32,000 nucleotides of DNA from Candidatus Saccharimonadota bacterium (GTDB taxonomy: Archaea > Nanohalarchaeota > Nanosalinia > Nanosalinales > Nanosalinaceae). The notes under the pieces are model-generated. The model saw only the letters and a list, made by a program, of their open reading frames with translations. It searched no databases and was not told the origin of the DNA. Of this stretch, positions 25,261 to 32,000 are shown piece by piece. Position 1 is the stretch's first letter. Every line of letters starts with the position of its first letter. Position numbers and translations under genes: made by a program. The DNA is taken from assembly GCA_001761425.1 (NCBI GenBank), contig CP012986.1, forward strand, positions 780,001 to 812,000, written 5' to 3'.

Positions 25261-26193
25261 TTATTCCAGTTCTAAAGATTCTATGTCGATTTTGTCACTT
25301 TCTAGAGAAGGTTCTTCGGAGAACTCAGTGTATACAGCTTCTATCTTATCCGAATGCTTCTCTAACTCCTTCCTCAGCTCGGATAGATCAAGCTCCAAAT
25401 CACTGAACTTCCTGATCTCCTTATCCTTCTTCTCCGATTTCTTCTCGACTTTGTGATCTAGGCCTCCAATGTGGTAGTTATCTTCATTGTACTCTACGAT
25501 GATCAGTGCTTGTGGCTTGTGCGCCATTTTGGAATGAGTAATAAGAGACTTTGTTCCGTTCCATAATCCGTCGGCCAGCGTATGTACATCTTCTCGAGTA
25601 AGTTCTGTGTGTTCTGCTGCGTTTTCATTCACCAGGCCGTAGAATTTAATCAGAGAGTACGGAAGATCGTAGCGGTCTGCAAATGTTCCCTGCTCCTGAT
25701 CGCCATCGGAAGGGATTGACACAGATTGCTGGATATATCTTCTGTCAACTTTATGCATTGACCTCCCCATCTTAAACTGTGTCGGCCCTGTAAGTGCGAA
25801 AGAACGTTTTTTCACGCTGATAGTGGCTCCGAATAGTCTGATATCAACGAACTTGGATATCAACTCATCTCGGATATCTGATTTTGAAGGCTCATTCTTT
25901 GTGATCTTCTGATCTATCGCCTTCTCCACCATCTCCTTTCTGCTTCTAAGCTTACCATCTTCTTTCTCGGAGGCCTTTACAAAAATATTATGTCCTTGAC
26001 TGTCGAGATAATCTCTTACTGTTCGTTTCAGGCGTACATCCGTTACTATGTTCTCTTCCGTAGTGTCGTCTATTCGTGGCCTGTTCTCTTCGAGAGGGTC
26101 TCCGTTAGGGTTTCCTTCCTCCACGTCGTAGAGGAAGATGATTTCGAATCTGTTGTCGATTTGCGAGTCGTCGTCTTCTTTGAGTTCTGTCAT
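25261..26193 (-). CDS. cas7: Cas7 (Csh2/Cst2-type, type I-B)
   Basis: FLYDVEEGNPNGDP...VTDVRLKRTVRDYL is the characteristic Cas7 I-B N-terminal motif. Confidence 0.88.
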   Translation of the reverse strand: MTELKEDDDSQIDNRFEIIFLYDVEEGNPNGDPLEENRPRIDDTTEENIVTDVRLKRTVRDYLDSQGHNIFVKASEKEDGKLRSRKEMVEKAIDQKITKNEPSKSDIRDELISKFVDIRLFGATISVKKRSFALTGPTQFKMGRSMHKVDRRYIQQSVSIPSDGDQEQGTFADRYDLPYSLIKFYGLVNENAAEHTELTREDVHTLADGLWNGTKSLITHSKMAHKPQALIIVEYNEDNYHIGGLDHKVEKKSEKKDKEIRKFSDLELDLSELRKELEKHSDKIEAVYTEFSEEPSLESDKIDIESLELE

Positions 26194-28061
26194 TAGTTGT
26201 CACCTTCTGTAGAGTTGTTCTTGAAAACCTGGTTTAAGCTCATACCAAGAGTGAAGAAGTAGCTGATATCGTCATCTGAGATCTGCCAGCTATCCTCCTC
26301 AGCTAGGAGAAGATAATGGGCCACAGTTTCTCTGAGACCTGTATAAGAAACGTTCTTTTCCGTTTTGCTGTCGTAGATCTCTAAAGTCCTTGAGGCTTCC
26401 GTGAATATGTATTCAAGTTTCTCCTTATCGAGTCGGAGATTGGCCAGTTTCTTCCGGAAAGGTGCTTTTTTAGTACCTGAATCATCTGAGTCGCTGTATC
26501 TCTGCCTCCATTGAACCTGCATCAGATTCTGTGCGAGCACGCCCTCAAGGAAAGCTGCTTTTTTAGCAGGAGAATCAAATGAGTTCGAATGTTCATCAAA
26601 GAATTTTTTGATGTTTTCGTCTTCTTCTGTTTCGAGGTCTTCCATAATTTGGTTGAAGTCTTTCATAGTACTATTTTCGTCAAGTAAATCGTTTTTCCTA
26701 AGGAATTCTAGGAAAAAGAATGATTTGATCATATAATGAGGGTAATTTTTCTCATCAGGGTTTCTGAATCTAGACATGCCTTCATCAACAAAGATACTGA
26801 CTAAATCTTCCCTTTTAACTTTATCTCCTTTTAGAATCTTTGAGGTTAGATCCATGGCCTTGTTGAAGAAGTCTTTAGGCTCATTTTTCTCAGGATTGGG
26901 CCTAGGCAACACGTTCAAGATCAAAGAGTCTAATTCCCTAGGAACTGTGTAATCTCCTTTAAAATGAGGATTAAATTCATCAGATAATCTGTCAATACTA
27001 TCTTCTAAATCACTGATGTGTGAAGGTGCAACATCCTTGATTTCTTTTTTGATTTTCTCGGAGTTTTGTTTTGTCTTGAAGAATATGAATTCAAGATTTA
27101 CAGGGGCTTCAAGATCATCAACATTTCTGTAAAATCTTTCAGCCTCTAAGAGGCTTCCCTCAGTACTTTCTGTATCTTGACCGACCAAGTCTAGAAAATT
27201 GTCGCTTACTTCTCCCAAGAATTCTGGGATTACATAATACTGTACATTATCTCCTACATAGTAACTGAAATCTTGCTCCTTCACAAACAGACTTCCCATA
27301 GCTATCCTCTCAGAGCAATTCTCACAGACCGGTAAGTTTTTCCAGGAATCTGACCTTTCGAAAGATGGTGCATACCGTGCATTATCAATTGTGTAAAATT
27401 TGAAGGGGAATGAATAACCGTAAACCTTCTTCCTCTCCCTGCAAACAGCGCATAATTCATCCTCCGAGCTACTCTCACCGTGAGTGGTTGTATAGTGCCA
27501 GCTCTCTTTCACGTTTTTCTTTAGAGCTTTCTTCAATTGTCCAATCTCAACCGGAAACTTGAGTTCGCCATTCTCCCTATAAACTACCGACAGCACATGA
27601 TTAGGCCCTTTATCTAGAACATTTCTTTTCTCAGCAACATGTCCCTTAATCTCTTCTTCATTATCTAGATATTCTTCCCTAGTATTCGCAATTAAGTCGA
27701 ACTCATCACGATCGTCACAGAAGCCATAACCAAACAGTCTATTAGGTCTTCCTTCGTAATGACTTTTGGTATTCTGAGTAATCTTTGTTGAAGGACCCCA
27801 ATCACCGCCTCTAGAAGTCCCCTTCTTATACAAAACATCAATTTCATTACCTTTCAAGTCCATTCTGATAACATCATTGAATTCTAAACTATCGCCTTCT
27901 TTATCAAAAACTACTGCAACGATACTCGAACTTTCCTCACTTTCATCATCTCGGACTTGATCCTCAACCCATCTTTTTAGCTGATAAGTATCTGTAAAAG
28001 CCTCAATATTCTCTCTTTCGGAGTCTAAATAATCGCCAAGCATTTTCAACTGTTGCAGCAT
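26193..28061 (-). CDS. cas8b: Cas8b (type I-B large subunit)
   Basis: 622 aa, positioned between cas6 and cas7, with Cys pairs CAVCRE and CENCSE. The call rests on position and size plus weak resemblance to Csh1-type proteins. Confidence 0.7.
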   Translation of the reverse strand: MLQQLKMLGDYLDSERENIEAFTDTYQLKRWVEDQVRDDESEESSSIVAVVFDKEGDSLEFNDVIRMDLKGNEIDVLYKKGTSRGGDWGPSTKITQNTKSHYEGRPNRLFGYGFCDDRDEFDLIANTREEYLDNEEEIKGHVAEKRNVLDKGPNHVLSVVYRENGELKFPVEIGQLKKALKKNVKESWHYTTTHGESSSEDELCAVCRERKKVYGYSFPFKFYTIDNARYAPSFERSDSWKNLPVCENCSERIAMGSLFVKEQDFSYYVGDNVQYYVIPEFLGEVSDNFLDLVGQDTESTEGSLLEAERFYRNVDDLEAPVNLEFIFFKTKQNSEKIKKEIKDVAPSHISDLEDSIDRLSDEFNPHFKGDYTVPRELDSLILNVLPRPNPEKNEPKDFFNKAMDLTSKILKGDKVKREDLVSIFVDEGMSRFRNPDEKNYPHYMIKSFFFLEFLRKNDLLDENSTMKDFNQIMEDLETEEDENIKKFFDEHSNSFDSPAKKAAFLEGVLAQNLMQVQWRQRYSDSDDSGTKKAPFRKKLANLRLDKEKLEYIFTEASRTLEIYDSKTEKNVSYTGLRETVAHYLLLAEEDSWQISDDDISYFFTLGMSLNQVFKNNSTEGDN

Positions 28062-28063
28062 TT

Positions 28064-28801
28064 TTAGTCGTTCACCTTGTTCATGAATCCGAATCCTGTG
28101 GCGTTTAGTTCTCCGAGGCCTGAGTCGTAGGCCATCTGGATCAATCGGTACATCTCTCTGTTATGGCATTCGTATTCGAGCTCCCATGTCGTGCCGACTA
28201 CGGTATCTGTTCCTTCCGCGTATTTCAACGGTACTGCTACTTCTTTCCGCGGGGTGTAACCTGTGAAGTAAGGTCTATCCGGTGGCTCACGGTTGTAGTA
28301 TGTCTCATATTTGTGCGCAAGGTTTTCCTCTATCCTGTCAATAAAGGCCTGTGAATCATGTTTCATCTTCCAGTAGATCTGCTGATGGTTGCCTTCAATA
28401 CCGTACTCGGCGGCTTTCTCTTTCGCTATCCTGACAACTATCGGTGTGCCTGTAATCATCTTTCCCTTTTCTCCAGGATCTACTGAAATCTTGGAAGTAT
28501 CTTTTATCGAGTACTGCTGTTCCCCAAACTCCAGCCTATCATTCTTTTCAGAAACTTCTGCAAACTTCTCCACAATCTTCCTATTGCTGCTGGCCAAGAT
28601 AAAAGTCCGATTATCCCCCTGTTTAATGTCTTCGGGAGGGAAAACATTTGAGAAACTGAAAAACTTGAAAGGCCTGTTATCATGCACGTCCTCTAATCCT
28701 GCCTCCTCAAGTTTTCTATAGACTGCTCCCTGTAGGTCAACGTGATAGGACGGATTATAGGCCTGGTCTTTTAGAGAACTAAGTTTTAGTAGAACTCTCA
28801 T
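28064..28801 (-). CDS. cas6: Cas6 CRISPR repeat endoribonuclease
   Basis: 245 aa with the C-terminal glycine-rich loop GLGELNATGFGFM. It is the first gene of the cas operon. Confidence 0.85.
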   Translation of the reverse strand: MRVLLKLSSLKDQAYNPSYHVDLQGAVYRKLEEAGLEDVHDNRPFKFFSFSNVFPPEDIKQGDNRTFILASSNRKIVEKFAEVSEKNDRLEFGEQQYSIKDTSKISVDPGEKGKMITGTPIVVRIAKEKAAEYGIEGNHQQIYWKMKHDSQAFIDRIEENLAHKYETYYNREPPDRPYFTGYTPRKEVAVPLKYAEGTDTVVGTTWELEYECHNREMYRLIQMAYDSGLGELNATGFGFMNKVND

Positions 28802-28823
28802 GGAAATGGTGTGAATTCTGTCT

Positions 28824-28830
28824 CTTTTAT
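28824..28830 (-). promoter_or_regulatory. TATA-like element upstream of cas6
   Basis: The minus strand reads ATAAAAG, centred ~26 nt upstream of ATG 28801. Confidence 0.35.
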
Positions 28831-28894
28831 CTCTGTTGGCTAGAGAAATAAAAACGCAGAATAACAGGATTGGAAAGTTTAAGGCCTTTTTGTT

Positions 28895-29041
28895 TTATTC
28901 TTGGCTTTCGAGTTCTTTTTTCTTTTGTTGTTTGCGGTCTGGTTGTTCTTCGAAGATTTCTTTGGCTCTGTCGTCGCTTATGCCGAGCATTTCTTTGGCC
29001 TTTTGTTTCTGTTCTTCTGCTGCGTCCTTGTTCGGTCCCAT
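28895..29041 (-). CDS. Small K/E-rich hypothetical protein (48 aa) immediately upstream of cas6
   Basis: Hand translation: MGPNKDAAEEQKQKAKEMLGISDDRAKEIFEEQPDRKQQKKKELESQE. It falls below the ORF-track size cut-off. A TTAAAAAAAG element (29062-29071, minus strand) lies ~26 nt upstream of the ATG. A T5 run on the minus strand (about 28850-28854) follows the stop. Confidence 0.35.
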   Translation of the reverse strand: MGPNKDAAEEQKQKAKEMLGISDDRAKEIFEEQPDRKQQKKKELESQE

Positions 29042-29162
29042 GTATGTTACTATAGGTCTTTCTTTTTTTAACGATTTGTTTCTGGGAGGCCTGGATTAGA
29101 GGAAAGAGGTTGGAAAAAGGCGATGAGGGAAATGAAAGAGTATGAGGTTGAAGGGCCTTTTT

Positions 29163-30266
29163 TTATTCGACGAGTTGTGTGAAGTTTTCTTTGAATTTTT
29201 TGTAGTGTTTGAGTTTCATGGAGGCGCCGGCTGCTTTGCGGTGTCCTCCTGCTTCTGCGCCTTCTTTTTTTGCTTCCTGGGGTAAGGCCTTTTGAAGTAG
29301 GTTTCCGAGGTCTGCTCTTCCTGATTGGCAGCGGGCTGAGATGTTGATTTTTTCGTCTTTCTGGATGACCAGGTGGATCCAGTCCGGTGTTTTTGTGGAC
29401 ATGTTGGTGGCTATGCTACTTGTGATGTGGAAGTCGCTGTCGAGTTCGAAGAAGATGATTCTTTTTTCTCTGTTGATTTCTCTGTCTTCTTCGTAGTCTT
29501 CCATCATTTTGTTGAACTCGTCCTGCATTTCGAGGTAGACTTCGTAGACCTGTCTGTAGGCTTCCTGTGCCTCGAGTTCTTTTAGGTCTTTTGAGTTCAT
29601 CAGGGCTTCGTATGCAAGCTGTGCGAAGTGTTTTGAGTCTCTGTAAGGCTTGATGTTCAGTACTGAGGAGTATCTGCCGTATTCACAGTTTTTCGCAAGC
29701 TGATGCTGGTTAAGATCTTCAGGCAGGTATTTTTCGTATTTGTCCTCCAGTTCTTCGAAGAGTTCAGGACATGAATCGACTCCGAAGTCCTGTATGACTC
29801 CGAGGCCTGCTATCCACCGCAGTTGTTCATGGAGACCGAAGTGATCTGCTATATCCAGGCAGATCTTCGAACATGGTACGTAGACATCTGCGTTCTCCTC
29901 TCTGGGATTGACAAAAGGGATGTTATCTGGTACTCTTCCAAAGCTGTGATGATCTACCACCAGGATTTCAAGGTCGTACTCTTCTCTGAGGCCTTCAAGC
30001 TCATCTGCTTTCAGGTTAAAGTCAAGCACCACGAGGATATCCTTCTGCTCCAGCTTCTCTCTATCAGCTTCTTCGAGATGGTAAGCTCTTTCCTCAGGGA
30101 TCGTTACGAGATCTGCTTCCCGTCCTCTCTCTTTTTCAAGTATCTTTGAGATGATCACGGCACTTGAAGTCCCGTCCATATCCCAGTGATGGATGATTTC
30201 GACTTGGTCTTGCTCCGAAACATTCCGGAGAAAATCTAGTGCAGGGTCTAAGTTTTCCTGTTCCAT
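29163..30266 (-). CDS. DHH/DHHA1 family phosphoesterase (NrnA/RecJ-like)
   Basis: Motifs HHWDMDGTSS, VVLDFN, VVDHHS (DHH) and GGHRKAAGA (DHHA1). Confidence 0.85.
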   Translation of the reverse strand: MEQENLDPALDFLRNVSEQDQVEIIHHWDMDGTSSAVIISKILEKERGREADLVTIPEERAYHLEEADREKLEQKDILVVLDFNLKADELEGLREEYDLEILVVDHHSFGRVPDNIPFVNPREENADVYVPCSKICLDIADHFGLHEQLRWIAGLGVIQDFGVDSCPELFEELEDKYEKYLPEDLNQHQLAKNCEYGRYSSVLNIKPYRDSKHFAQLAYEALMNSKDLKELEAQEAYRQVYEVYLEMQDEFNKMMEDYEEDREINREKRIIFFELDSDFHITSSIATNMSTKTPDWIHLVIQKDEKINISARCQSGRADLGNLLQKALPQEAKKEGAEAGGHRKAAGASMKLKHYKKFKENFTQLVE

Positions 30267-30324
30267 ACATAATCACGGTTCAGCGAATGTTTTTAACCGA
30301 CCGGTCTCAAAGAAAAAGACCTGT

Positions 30325-32000
30325 CTAGGCCTTCGGCTCTGAGAACCGGAAAATGGTTTTGAACTCTCTGAACTCGACCTCGCCTCCGTATTCAAGGTCT
30401 TCACCGCTGAAACCAACTGACTCAACGTTCACCCTGCTCTCGATCATATCCGAATACTTCTCCAGGACATCGGACTCGCCTTCAAACGAAAGCCCAACGC
30501 TGTCCTCTACTTCAAGGCCTTCATCCTTCCTCTTTTGCTGGATGGCACGGATAACCTCCGCTACAAAGGCCTCTTCCTCGATCTTCTCAGTCATGATCAA
30601 GTCAAGGTACAGGTTGCCTCTGGAGAACTCGAGCTGGCTGACTCCTTCCGTTGTCTCCTGCCTGATCTCGACATCATCTTCTGTGACATCGTAGCCGTCG
30701 ATCTCGATCTCTCCAAGCTCCTGGAGCTGTTTCACCTGGTCTGTGTCAAGCTCCTCGATCAGATCAGCGACTTTCTCCGCATCACCGCCGAACTTGGGGC
30801 CAAGCTCCGGATAACTCGGCTCCGCTACAGGCTTCGAGGCTACTTCACCGTACTCAACGGATTTGACGTTCGCCATATCTTCGATCAACGGTTTAAAGGC
30901 CTCAAGCTCATCCTCAAGGCCTTCAGCAGATACAATCAGTCTCTGGGCCGGCCAGCGAAGGTTGTACTCTTCTTTGTCTCTGATCTTGTTCGCTTTCTCG
31001 ACTATTTCTCTGGCTATCTCCATCTTTTCCTCAAGGCCTTCGTCCATCATTTCTTCATCTGGTTCAGGGTATGGTTCCATGTGTACTGATTCTTCCTGGC
31101 CCTGGATATCGTGATAGACCTTTTCCGTTACGAAAGGTGCGAAAGGCGCGAGCAAAAAGTTCACACGCTCGATAACCGAGGCCAGAGTCCATTTCGCTGC
31201 CTCGTCGCCGTTCTTGACTCTTTCACGGACCTTCTTGATATACCAGCGAGAGATATCCTCCAGTATGAAATCCTCGATATCCCTCGTTATCTCATGGAAA
31301 AAGGCCTCATCCATTTTCTCCGGTGCTTCCGCGTTCAGAGAGTTGGCCTTGGAGAGTATCCACCTGTCCTCTACCTCAAGTTTTTCAGGCCTCTCCACTT
31401 CTCCTTCAAGATAGGTATCAAGGAACTCTTTAGTGTTCCAGTACACTGAGAAGAGCCTGTAAATCTCATTTTCTATCTCGTCTTCATCATAGTTCTTCTG
31501 CTCCCACGCAGGCGCAAGACGAAGCTGGTAGAACCTTGGAAGATCCGCACCGAACTTCTCGACCTGTTCAGCCGGATCCACAACGTTTCCAAGCGACTTG
31601 GACATCTTCTCGCCTTCCGCATCAAGAACGTAGCCCTGGAACAGTACTTTCTCGTAAGGAGCCTCGTCGAACCCAAGGATTCCTGTAAACATGAGCGAGT
31701 AGAACCATCCCCGGATCTGATCTGAAGCTTCAGTAATGAAGTCCATCGGCCACATGTCCTCGAACGGTTTTTCTTCAAACGGGTAATGCAGGGAAGCGAA
31801 CGGAGCGATACCCGAGTCAAACCAGACATCGAAGATATCTGGAATTCTTTCATATTCTCCGCCGCAGCCACATTCCCAGGAAATATCATCCACGACGTGT
31901 TTGTGAGGGTCGAACTCTTCTGGTAACTCTCCGATTTTTTCCTCAAGCTGTTCGAAGCTCCCGATTATCTCCTTTTCGCCACACTCATCACAGATCCAGA
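30325..32000 (-). CDS. ileS: Isoleucine--tRNA ligase, C-terminal ~558 codons; N-terminus lies beyond the window edge
   Basis: KMSKS loop GEKMSKSLGNVV. The frame stays open upstream of the track start (a GTG at 31893) to the window edge, reading WICDECGEKEIIGSFEQLEEKIGELPEEFDPHKHVVDDISWECGCGG (Zn-binding Cys pairs). An anticodon-binding and C-terminal region follows. Confidence 0.9.
   Translation of the reverse strand, partial: WICDECGEKEIIGSFEQLEEKIGELPEEFDPHKHVVDDISWECGCGGEYERIPDIFDVWFDSGIAPFASLHYPFEEKPFEDMWPMDFITEASDQIRGWFYSLMFTGILGFDEAPYEKVLFQGYVLDAEGEKMSKSLGNVVDPAEQVEKFGADLPRFYQLRLAPAWEQKNYDEDEIENEIYRLFSVYWNTKEFLDTYLEGEVERPEKLEVEDRWILSKANSLNAEAPEKMDEAFFHEITRDIEDFILEDISRWYIKKVRERVKNGDEAAKWTLASVIERVNFLLAPFAPFVTEKVYHDIQGQEESVHMEPYPEPDEEMMDEGLEEKMEIAREIVEKANKIRDKEEYNLRWPAQRLIVSAEGLEDELEAFKPLIEDMANVKSVEYGEVASKPVAEPSYPELGPKFGGDAEKVADLIEELDTDQVKQLQELGEIEIDGYDVTEDDVEIRQETTEGVSQLEFSRGNLYLDLIMTEKIEEEAFVAEVIRAIQQKRKDEGLEVEDSVGLSFEGESDVLEKYSDMIESRVNVESVGFSGEDLEYGGEVEFREFKTIFRFSEPKA

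Noticed and set aside
18593-29162. Mobile-element hallmarks around the CRISPR-Cas locus (transposase, integrase, terminal inverted or direct repeats)
   Set aside because: I could see none at either border. The case for horizontal origin rests only on composition and hexamer density.
30353-31946. Plus-strand ORFs 30353..30694, 30535..31089, 30863..31114, 31111..31449, 31214..31414 and minus-strand alternative-frame ORF 31473..31946
   Set aside because: All overlap ileS, which has KMSKS and Zn-finger motifs in its own frame. The alternatives are S/L/R-rich artefacts.

Overview
Archaeal chromosomal window on hand estimates: roughly 43-45% GC, strongly acidic predicted proteins. Archaeal markers are Hef, Hjc, a FlaK/PibD-type peptidase, an archaeosortase, an intron-containing tRNA and an archaeal-type SRP RNA. 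It fits a low-GC, salt-in, small-genome halophilic archaeon (Nanohaloarchaeota/DPANN-like), but that is inference only. From left to right: (1) a cell-surface and pilus-type cluster: FlaI/PilB-family ATPase with an acidic N-terminal extension, a wHTH coiled-coil acidic protein, an A24 prepilin peptidase and an archaeosortase; (2) a tightly overlapping hef-DUF460-archaeosortase operon; (3) a minus-strand run holding a HerA/FtsK-like ATPase flanked by membrane proteins (one an S2P/M50 homologue lacking both zinc-binding His), Hjc, a Zn-ribbon protein and TraB; (4) SRP RNA, a PqqB-like MBL hydrolase, tRNA-Cys(GCA) with a ~54-nt intron, two orphan acidic proteins, tandem NUDIX genes and cysS; (5) a complete type I-B CRISPR-Cas locus (cas6-cas8b-cas7-cas5-cas3-cas4-cas1-cas2) with a 23-repeat, 22-spacer array; (6) a DHH phosphoesterase and the 3' part of ileS. 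The strongest unexplained signals are: (a) about 20-fold over-representation of the palindrome AGGCCT across coding and non-coding sequence, with a dip in the cas cassette; (b) the short motif GSS-I/T-I-E-S/T-G/P-S-M repeated in the acidic tails of two adjacent pilus-locus proteins; (c) a Cas4 with no cysteines, so no Fe-S ligands; (d) contradictory orientation signals for the CRISPR array; (e) a structured, Shine-Dalgarno-bearing leader on cysS where most other genes look leaderless. All counts were made by eye and need recomputing.
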